A DNA stretch of 64,000 bases. Origin: Candidatus Marinacidobacterales bacterium. GTDB taxonomy: Bacteria > Acidobacteriota > Vicinamibacteria > Marinacidobacterales > DATDRI01. The stretch's first letter is position 1. Every line of letters begins with the position of its first letter. Location: contig OZ245365.1 of assembly GCA_965226495.1 (NCBI GenBank), forward strand, positions 4,640,001-4,704,000, given 5' to 3'. This document shows positions 22,671 through 30,325 of this stretch, piece by piece. Under the pieces are notes generated by a model. The model did no database searches. It saw nothing but the letters and a program-made list of their open reading frames with translations, and was not told the DNA's origin. The translations under genes were made by a program, and so were the position numbers.

Positions 22671-24311
22671 GTGCAGGGAGACCTTAGCCAGGATACCCTC
22701 GCTGGCGTAATCCGCGGCCTGTACCTCGACCGCAAGAGTGGCATCTTGCACCTCGAACGGGAGGGGATCAAGAAGCGGATTTACTTCAAGAAGGGGTCCA
22801 TGATCTTCGCCAATTCGGACGTCGATGACGACCGGATCGGGGAGTTCCTGATCCGCAACAACGCCATCGATCGAGCCGCCTTCGAGATGGCGGCTAAAGT
22901 CGCCAAGGATACTAAGAAGCGGTTCGGCAAGACCGTCGTCGAGATGGGTCACATGTCCGCCGACGAGATGGAGACCCACGTCACCGGCCAAATCCAAGCT
23001 ATTATTTTCTCCCTGTTTCTGTGGGAGGCGGGTGACTGGAACCTAGAGCCGCACGAAGATCCGGTCGATGCAGATATCGTGCTGAATCTCTCCACCGCGG
23101 ACATCATCCTGGAAGGCATCCGGCGAATGACTGACCTGGAAGGGATCCGCCGTGGCCTAGGAGATGAGCAGGGAATGTTGCGACATTCCGAGAATCCCCT
23201 TCTGCTTTACCAAAAGATCAGCTTGACGCCCTCGGAAGGATTCGTGCTGTCACGTGTCGACGGCGTATCCACGGTTGCCGACATTGCGGCCATTTCACCA
23301 CTAGGCGAGGAAGAAACAATTCGTTGTATCTATGGGTTAGTTTCGGCAGGAGTTCTCGATGTCGCGAACACTGGCGCGCAGGCTGCCGCGGCTCCGGCAA
23401 CGGAGGACAAGGTCGATATCCCGAGGCCCGAGGCCGAAACCTTAGAACGCGATGAGGATAAGGCGGCTGCTCCACCGGCACCATCGGGACCTACGCCCGA
23501 AGAGCAGGAGATCCGAGACGACATCATGGCCCGGCACGCTTCGCTAGAGACCGCCAACCTCTACGATCTCCTAGGACTCAACCTGAACGCGGGCGGCCCC
23601 GAAATAAAAAAGGCCTACTACAAGATGGCGAAGAAATACCATCCGGATCGCCATCACTCACCGCATCTTCACGACGTGCACGGCCAGCTGGAGGAGCTCT
23701 TCGTGAAGATCACCAAGGCGTATCAGAAGCTCTCCGACCCCCTGGCTCGCCGGCGCTATGACTCATCTCTGCGCACCGAGGCTCCCCCAGGCGAAGGCGC
23801 AGGCGGTGGGTCGTCGGCAACCCCGTTGCACGACGCTGGGACGCCATCCATGCCGGAGGGGCCGACTCCACAAGAAAAAATGGCGGCCATGCAATTCCAG
23901 GAGGGCCGGCGACACTTCATAGAGCTGCATTACTTCGATGCCATCCAATGTTTACGTGAGGCGGTCCGGCTCGCTCCGCACAAAGGTCCGTACCACAAGC
24001 TACTCGGGCAAGCCTTGGTCAAGAATCCCCACTGGCGGAAGGAGGCCGAGGAGCACTTCCACATAGCGCTCAAAACGAGTCAGTTCGATCCGGAGTGTTT
24101 CATCGGATTGGGTGAGATCTACGAAGGCGAAGGCATGACCAGCCGGGCCCTGAAGATGTACCAGCAGGCGCTCAACTACGATCCCAGCAACGAGTTCGCG
24201 CAGGAAAAACTCGATGCTCACAAGCCCAAAGGGGCCATGGAAGGGCTCAAAGGCATGCTCCGTCGAAAGAAGGACAAGGGGGAAAAGGAGGAAAAGGTTT
24301 CGGAGGAATAG
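22671..24311 (+). CDS. DUF4388 + DnaJ + TPR domain protein
   Basis: DUF4388-type N-terminus, YDLLG..IKKAYYKMAKKYHPD J-domain, C-terminal TPRs. Confidence 0.85.
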   Translation: MQGDLSQDTLAGVIRGLYLDRKSGILHLEREGIKKRIYFKKGSMIFANSDVDDDRIGEFLIRNNAIDRAAFEMAAKVAKDTKKRFGKTVVEMGHMSADEMETHVTGQIQAIIFSLFLWEAGDWNLEPHEDPVDADIVLNLSTADIILEGIRRMTDLEGIRRGLGDEQGMLRHSENPLLLYQKISLTPSEGFVLSRVDGVSTVADIAAISPLGEEETIRCIYGLVSAGVLDVANTGAQAAAAPATEDKVDIPRPEAETLERDEDKAAAPPAPSGPTPEEQEIRDDIMARHASLETANLYDLLGLNLNAGGPEIKKAYYKMAKKYHPDRHHSPHLHDVHGQLEELFVKITKAYQKLSDPLARRRYDSSLRTEAPPGEGAGGGSSATPLHDAGTPSMPEGPTPQEKMAAMQFQEGRRHFIELHYFDAIQCLREAVRLAPHKGPYHKLLGQALVKNPHWRKEAEEHFHIALKTSQFDPECFIGLGEIYEGEGMTSRALKMYQQALNYDPSNEFAQEKLDAHKPKGAMEGLKGMLRRKKDKGEKEEKVSEE

Positions 24312-24329
24312 CGCTCACATTACTCCGCT

Positions 24330-25712
24330 TTACTCTAGTTTTCCCGCCTCCCTTTTGATCCTCTCGTTGAGTTCTAGAACGTCTCGCCGGATCTTGTCTA
24401 CGTCCACGGTTCCTACTACGCGACTTTCCATAATGACCCGCCCGTGAACGATGGTGGTCGTCACGTTGGCGGCTGTCGCCGCGTAAACCAACGCCGAGTA
24501 GACGTCGTACATCGGGATCATATTGACCGCGTCCTTATCGACGATGATGACGTCGGCCAGCTTCCCAACCTCGAGTGAACCAATCCGGTCCCCCATGTTG
24601 AGCGCTTTCGCACCTCCGATAGTTGCCATTTCGACCACATCAACGGGCGGCATAACGCTCCGGTCTTCGTTGACCAGCTTGTGTATCTTGGCCACGTAGC
24701 CCATCTGGATCATGATATCGAGCGTGTTGCCGCTCATGGCACCGTCACTGCCCAAACCGACGTCGACTCCGCGCTCGAGCATGGTCAGAACCGGCGCCAC
24801 GCCCTTCCCGGCCTTCACGTTGGAAACCATATTGTGAGCGACGCCTACTCCACGTTGCTTCATCAGGTCGATGTCCGACTCGGTAACGAAGATACAGTGG
24901 GCCGCCACCAGTCGAGAGCTCAGTAAACCGACTGAATCTAGATACTCGACCGGCGTCTTGCCGAAATCGCGGCGGATTTGCTCGATCTCGGCTTTCGTCT
25001 CCGAGAGGTGGATCAGGACGGGCACGTCGAGCTTCTCGGCCCACTCCGCCACCAAGGCCAACTGCTCCTCCTCGACGGAGTAAGGCGCGTGCGGAGCCAG
25101 GGCGGGAGTGATTAGCTCGTCACCACGAAACTCTTCGATAAATTTCAACGCGTACTCGAGGCCGCCGTAAGGCTCTTTCGCGTCCGGGGCGGGATACTTG
25201 ATCACCGTCTCCCCGGCGATGGCGCGCATCCCCACCTCGCTGGCGGCGCGCGCAACCTGATCTTCGAAGTAGTACATGTCGGCAAACGTCGTCACCCCGC
25301 CCTGCACCATCTCCACCGCGGCGAGGAGCGTTCCGCGATAGACGTTCTCCGGGTCGACGACCGTTCTCTCCAATGGGAAGATGAAACGCTGCAGGCGATC
25401 GGGAACCTCGTCGGCGAGACCGCGGAAAATGGTCATCGGGGCGTGAGTGTGGGTGTTCACCATACCCGGCATCACGATGTCGCCACCGGCGTCGATGACC
25501 TTGGCTGCCGAGTATTGGGCCGCGAGCTCGGGTCCACCCAACGCGACGATCTCGGAACCACGGATGACGAGCGTGCCTTCCGGGATCACCGCCTTCTCCT
25601 CGTTCATCGTCACGAGGTGGGCGTTCTTTATTAGGATGTCGGCGCGCTGTGGCTCCTGCCACAAACCGACACCCGCTGCCGCAATCATGAATGCGACGGT
25701 CCAGCTAAACAT
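24330..25712 (-). CDS. Amidohydrolase (MTA/SAH deaminase-like)
   Basis: PGMVNTHTH, PHAPY, HLSET, AAHC, GLGSDG, GSLEVGKLAD. Confidence 0.9.
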   Translation of the reverse strand: MFSWTVAFMIAAAGVGLWQEPQRADILIKNAHLVTMNEEKAVIPEGTLVIRGSEIVALGGPELAAQYSAAKVIDAGGDIVMPGMVNTHTHAPMTIFRGLADEVPDRLQRFIFPLERTVVDPENVYRGTLLAAVEMVQGGVTTFADMYYFEDQVARAASEVGMRAIAGETVIKYPAPDAKEPYGGLEYALKFIEEFRGDELITPALAPHAPYSVEEEQLALVAEWAEKLDVPVLIHLSETKAEIEQIRRDFGKTPVEYLDSVGLLSSRLVAAHCIFVTESDIDLMKQRGVGVAHNMVSNVKAGKGVAPVLTMLERGVDVGLGSDGAMSGNTLDIMIQMGYVAKIHKLVNEDRSVMPPVDVVEMATIGGAKALNMGDRIGSLEVGKLADVIIVDKDAVNMIPMYDVYSALVYAATAANVTTTIVHGRVIMESRVVGTVDVDKIRRDVLELNERIKREAGKLE

Positions 25713-25714
25713 GC

Positions 25715-25945
25715 TCACATCTTCCCCTCCCTCTCCTTCAAGTAGTCGTCGATGGCCGGCCGCCACGACTCGATGTAATCCCGATAGTGGGCCTCGTTGA
25801 ATTCGGCCAAGTAGGTGTTGCCCTCTTCTGACAGCGCGGTGAAAGTATAGGACACTTGAGCCCGCGTCGCTCCCCCGTCTGCTTCTTCACAACGTACTTC
25901 TACGACTGCCACGCGGGAGCCGGGAGTTACTCTCGCATACTTGGT
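25715..25945 (-). pseudogene. C-terminal fragment of a probable SRPBCC-like protein, 5' part missing
   Basis: YARVTPGSRVAVVEVRC..AQVSYTFTALS..W..AI reads like an SRPBCC C-half; the frame closes at a TGA ~20 bp from the HNH gene stop. Confidence 0.5.
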
Positions 25946-25976
25946 AACAAACTGGATTCAGGTTGTCCAGCTCGGT

Positions 25977-27020
25977 TCAGTTCCGGGAGGACTCCTTCCG
26001 CGCGGCATCGATCTTCCCTTGAATGAACCCGGCGCCAAATGTACGCTCCGCGGTCAACAGATTGTGAGGCCCGCAGTGAAGGCGCAGATTCCTCTCGCCG
26101 TGACTGCCATCTAGAGCAAAGGCCCGCAGGTGCTCGATTTCGAGCCCTGTTCGTTGGCGACACCGAGTCCCATCCCGACCCCGAAATTCACACTGGTAGC
26201 CGGCGCGATCTTGGACGCGCTCGCGGACCTCCGAGGGGATGTAGCGGGACTTGCCAGAAATCTTGCCCGGGCAAGATTTTCTGTTACCTTTCGACACCTT
26301 CTGTAGTCGCCGTTCACGCTTTCTCTTCACGTCCTTCTTGTCGAGAGCGATGTCCATCGCCTGTTCCATGATCTCGGCCATCCGTTGCTGGGAGTTTTCG
26401 ACACCGAGCACCTCCGCCAGGCGCTCGAACTTCTCCTTGAACTCGCGGTCGGCGGAGAAGCGGAAATTGAACACCTCCGGTTGCGCCGGCTCGAGGATGG
26501 TCGGTGACACCCGGGGAGTCGGGCGTGCCGTCAGGACTGGCGGCGGCTCGGCGGGCGCCTTGGTTGGTATCTTTCGAATCGAGGACGCGAAAACGGGCTT
26601 TGGCCGGAGCGCGACAACGTACTCTTCGACCTCGCGCCTGGTCATTCCGGCGCAATCCCCAAAAAGCTTCTCGACGTTGCTCTCAGTGAGAACGGGCGCA
26701 AGGAGACCCGCCACGGTGAGACTCACTTGGTTCTCGGCCAGTGCCACGAGTATCTGAGGGAAACGTCGCGCTACGTTGGCCACCTGAATCCGGCGAGCGA
26801 CCGAACCCTCGCTTAGGTTCAAGCGCCTGGTGCAGTAATCGAACAGATTCTTGTACCCGCGCTCGAGATGGCCCTTTCTTCTAGACATCTCTGCGATGTG
26901 GGCGATGACGAGCGCCACGTTTCGTTTCTCAGCGCGGACCAGCTTCTCGGTTGAGCGGTCGAGCTCTTCGGTGGAGAGCCCTTCGAGTGTAGCGAAGTAC
27001 GTCTTAACTTTTTCGATCAT
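25977..27020 (-). CDS. DUF222-like/HNH endonuclease (intact; probable mobile element gene)
   Basis: AHIAE..LFDYC..LSEG N-domain; SRYIP..VRERV.DRAGYQC..C..LEIEH..NLRLHCGPHN; GAGGGGG RBS before ATG 27020. Confidence 0.85.
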   Translation of the reverse strand: MIEKVKTYFATLEGLSTEELDRSTEKLVRAEKRNVALVIAHIAEMSRRKGHLERGYKNLFDYCTRRLNLSEGSVARRIQVANVARRFPQILVALAENQVSLTVAGLLAPVLTESNVEKLFGDCAGMTRREVEEYVVALRPKPVFASSIRKIPTKAPAEPPPVLTARPTPRVSPTILEPAQPEVFNFRFSADREFKEKFERLAEVLGVENSQQRMAEIMEQAMDIALDKKDVKRKRERRLQKVSKGNRKSCPGKISGKSRYIPSEVRERVQDRAGYQCEFRGRDGTRCRQRTGLEIEHLRAFALDGSHGERNLRLHCGPHNLLTAERTFGAGFIQGKIDAARKESSRN

Positions 27021-27236
27021 GAGCGTTGCCCCCTCTCCTAAATATAGCAACGTACTTTTTCGTACACTCAGAGGGCGTGAGCGCGAAACAAACGAGCTCG
27101 GTTGAAGAAAAGGCTCAATTTAGTAGAGAAGGATGCGAGAAGGCTTGCGTGCAATTCCTAAAGGTATCCGTGTTAATGGCTCGTCACGTCGTGATTTTGC
27201 CCCGCGAAACTTGTCAAGTGATTCTCGATCTTTTTT

Positions 27237-30095
27237 TCACTTTGTCGGAACCAGACGTTCGAGCTCCTCGAACCAGTTGAGAATGATGACGAGCTCGGTG
27301 CGTTCCGACTGGCGTCCACCAACCGGCTTCGCCATGACAAACCGGCCGTCGGGTCCCACATCGTAGGTCGGAGCAGCGGCGCCGTCTGGTGAATACGGCA
27401 GCTCGAACAACGTTTCGGGCGGCTCGAACCGGAAATCCGGATCGGTGGTAACCCGGACTGCCATCATCGTGTGATCCTCTATGTAATAGAGCTCCCGATC
27501 TCCCGGCCCCCAAACCGGCTCCACTCCACCGTTGGTCGAAACCCGCATCGGTGCACCTGAGCCGGGATACGGCCGCACTAGAACCTCGAAACGCCCCGTC
27601 AAGTCCGATATAGACGCATGCCAACGACCGTCTGACGAAAGCGCGCTCATCCCCTCAAGATCCTCTGTTTGAACCACGACACGAGGTTCCCGATCGCCCT
27701 TGAGCGAAATCGCCATAATATCGTTTTGCTCTTCGAAGAGGAGCTCCTCGGTCCGGTGGGACCATGCTCGAAGAAACTTTGGGTGTGGACTCTTGAGGAG
27801 TAGCTCCGGCTCGGAGCTGCTCCCGTCAGAGGGGATAGAGAAAAGGTCCAAGCCGCCGGCTCGCGTTGAAGCAAACGCGATGCTGCTGCCACCCTGCACC
27901 CAAACGGGAAGGAGGTCACGTCCACCGGTTGTCAGACGCGTCGGAGGACGATTATCCAGATAGTAGACCCAGAGGTCTCCAAACCCCGGGTTGAATCCAG
28001 TCATCAAAGCCAACCGGCGCCCATCGGGTGATAGTCGGATGTTCCTCGGATTCTCGAGCGGTCCTTCAACCAACGGCTGGTGCTCTCTTCCGTGACGATC
28101 GACCCACAGCAAGGTCGCGAGGCTGGTGCTTCTAGGGAGATACGCCAGCGAGCCGTCGCGCGACAGACTGACGCTCCCGAGACCCCACCGGGGATTGGCC
28201 CTTATCCCCTCCAGCACCGGAGCGGAAGGGCCTGTCGTTTCTAGGTCTTCAAGATCGAACGGCGCCGCCATGAGAACTCCCTGCTGCATATAGAGCAAGT
28301 GACCGGACGGCGCGTAGCGGGGGAAGTAACCACCTTCGAGCACGGTGTGGTATTCGCCAGACTTCAGTGAAAGGGCCGCGATACGGCTTGGTACGAGCGA
28401 CGACGTGCCCTGTATCGAGAAAAGGACGGCCTTGCCGTGGGGGAGCACATCTGGCCACCAGTGGCCCCCCTCCTCATTCGCAGCGTCGGGTGTTGTAAGA
28501 ACCTCGGGCGTACCGCCGCTTTCGGGCACACGGAAAAGACCAATCTGATTCTCTTCGTTAAGGGCAGCAAAGATAATGGTATTGTCGGTGCTCCAGGATG
28601 CCCCCCAAAGGCGTCGTTTCTGGCACAAGGTCGTCACCGGGCCACCGCGGACAGAGACCGTCTTCAGTGCGTTTTTCTGTGGGCCTAGATTTTCGAAAAA
28701 CCCAATCCACTCGCCGTCGGGCGAGAAGAACGGGTCAACAGCGTTCTCCGTTCCTGGCAGCGGCGTGACATCGAGTTCGTCGAGCGAGCGAACGTAGAGC
28801 AACCGTTCATCGGCACTCCCCCCAGCGTACGCGAGCCGCGATCCATCCGGAGAGAACGCGAGAGTTCCGGGGTTGCCCAGCATACCGGCAAACGGTGCTT
28901 CGGCAGGCAAGGTGATCGACAATCGACGAGTTGGCTCGGACGGACCCGGCCCCACTAGCGCCCAAACGGCGAGTCCTGCTAGCAATGTGCCGATGATTCC
29001 AATCGCAATCCATTGCCCGGGCCTCGAGTGTGCTTTTGCAGCCGGCAGCTCAGTCGCGCCTTGCCCGGCGATCCATTTCAACTCCTGCATGACATCGGAC
29101 GCAGCTTGCCAGCGTTGGTCCGGTTCCTTGGCCAAGCACCGTCGGATCACGTGATCCAGCAGGGGCGGTGCAGTAGGTATGGAAGGAGGCTCGTCTTTGA
29201 GAATCGCTCCAATCAGACTCGCCTGACTCTCTCCTTCGAAGGCTCGTCGCCCAGTCACCATTTCGTAGAGCACCGCACCGAAGGCGAAGATGTCGGTCCG
29301 CGCGTCGGCTTTCTTGCCCTCGACCTGTTCGGGAGCCATGTACTGCAACGTGCCGACAATCGCCCCTTCTCGTGTCATTTTCGTCGCAGTGGCCGCGTCA
29401 GGATCGAGCTTCGAAGGTTCAGGCATCAGCTTCGCCAAACCAAAATCCAGAAGCTTCGCACCCGACTTCGTCAGCATGATGTTGCCGGGCTTGAGGTCAC
29501 GATGCACGACGCCGTGACGGTGCGCCTTGTCGAGCGCGTCCGCGATCTCGATTCCATGTTGCATAGCCTGATCGAGTGGTAGCGCTCCCTTCTCTAATCG
29601 CGCGGCCAACGTCTCCCCTTCGATGTACTCCATCACTAAGAAATCGACACCGTTTTCTTGGCCAACGTCGAAGAGCGTGCAAATGTGGGGGTGGTTCAGT
29701 TGAGAGATCGTGCGGGCCTCGCGCTCGAAACGTTCTCGGGCCTGACGGTTTCCGGCAACATGAGCCGGGAGAACTTTGATGGCAACGGTGCGATCGAGTC
29801 GCGTATCGGTGGCTTGGTAGACCTCACCCATCCCGCCCGCACCAATCAGGCGAACGAGCTTGTAATGACCAAGCTCCGTTCCGGGCGCTAGCTCCATGCT
29901 ATTTACCGCCGGTCCGCGGCCGAGAAAACCGTTCGCTTCTGCTTCGTCATGATTGGCCAGTAGCTCTTCGACCCGCTTGCGCAGCGCATCTTGTCCTGAG
30001 CACGCTTCGTCCAAAAATGCCGGTCGCTCGTTGGGGGCGAGCCTGAGCGCGGCTTCGAAGAGCTCTGCGACGCGCTCCCAAGAGTCCGGCTTCAA
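27237..30095 (-). CDS. Ser/Thr protein kinase with TM and TolB/PD40 beta-propeller
   Basis: GAGGMGEVY, VAIK, HRDLKPGN, DFGLAK, YMAPEQ; multiple FSPDG repeats. Confidence 0.95.
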   Translation of the reverse strand: MKPDSWERVAELFEAALRLAPNERPAFLDEACSGQDALRKRVEELLANHDEAEANGFLGRGPAVNSMELAPGTELGHYKLVRLIGAGGMGEVYQATDTRLDRTVAIKVLPAHVAGNRQARERFEREARTISQLNHPHICTLFDVGQENGVDFLVMEYIEGETLAARLEKGALPLDQAMQHGIEIADALDKAHRHGVVHRDLKPGNIMLTKSGAKLLDFGLAKLMPEPSKLDPDAATATKMTREGAIVGTLQYMAPEQVEGKKADARTDIFAFGAVLYEMVTGRRAFEGESQASLIGAILKDEPPSIPTAPPLLDHVIRRCLAKEPDQRWQAASDVMQELKWIAGQGATELPAAKAHSRPGQWIAIGIIGTLLAGLAVWALVGPGPSEPTRRLSITLPAEAPFAGMLGNPGTLAFSPDGSRLAYAGGSADERLLYVRSLDELDVTPLPGTENAVDPFFSPDGEWIGFFENLGPQKNALKTVSVRGGPVTTLCQKRRLWGASWSTDNTIIFAALNEENQIGLFRVPESGGTPEVLTTPDAANEEGGHWWPDVLPHGKAVLFSIQGTSSLVPSRIAALSLKSGEYHTVLEGGYFPRYAPSGHLLYMQQGVLMAAPFDLEDLETTGPSAPVLEGIRANPRWGLGSVSLSRDGSLAYLPRSTSLATLLWVDRHGREHQPLVEGPLENPRNIRLSPDGRRLALMTGFNPGFGDLWVYYLDNRPPTRLTTGGRDLLPVWVQGGSSIAFASTRAGGLDLFSIPSDGSSSEPELLLKSPHPKFLRAWSHRTEELLFEEQNDIMAISLKGDREPRVVVQTEDLEGMSALSSDGRWHASISDLTGRFEVLVRPYPGSGAPMRVSTNGGVEPVWGPGDRELYYIEDHTMMAVRVTTDPDFRFEPPETLFELPYSPDGAAAPTYDVGPDGRFVMAKPVGGRQSERTELVIILNWFEELERLVPTK

Positions 30096-30110
30096 GTGGC
30101 TCGCCCTTGG

Positions 30111-30220
30111 CCCTCACCCTACCCTCTCCCAAAGGGAGAGGGTATAAAGGAAGGAAGCCAACGTGCCCCCTCACCCTACCCTCTCCCCAGAGGGGAGAGG
30201 GTTTCAAGGAAGGAAGCCAA
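30111..30220. repeat. Tandem pair of BoxC-like REP units
   Basis: CCCTCACCCTACCCTCTCCC..GGGAGAGGG at 30111-30142 and 30168-30201, each followed by AAGGAAGGAAGCCA. Confidence 0.85.
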
Positions 30221-30233
30221 CCAACTTGTGGTG

Positions 30234-30263
30234 AAAATAGCTGTATACCAGGCGAAAAGTCAA
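30234..30263 (-). promoter_or_regulatory. Putative sigma70 promoter of the kinase gene (TTGACT-18-TATTTT)
   Basis: Near-identical architecture upstream of the truncated kinase at ~18935-18968. Confidence 0.5.
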
Positions 30264-30325
30264 TGGAGGGCAGTAAGGAGGAAAACCTTGTCCGGACGAG
30301 ATTTTTTGTTACCTTTCGATACGCT

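Noticed and set aside
25977-27020. HNH protein as IscB/Cas9-like RNA-guided nuclease
   Set aside because: No PLMP or RuvC motifs are visible; only an N-terminal helical domain and a C-terminal HNH.
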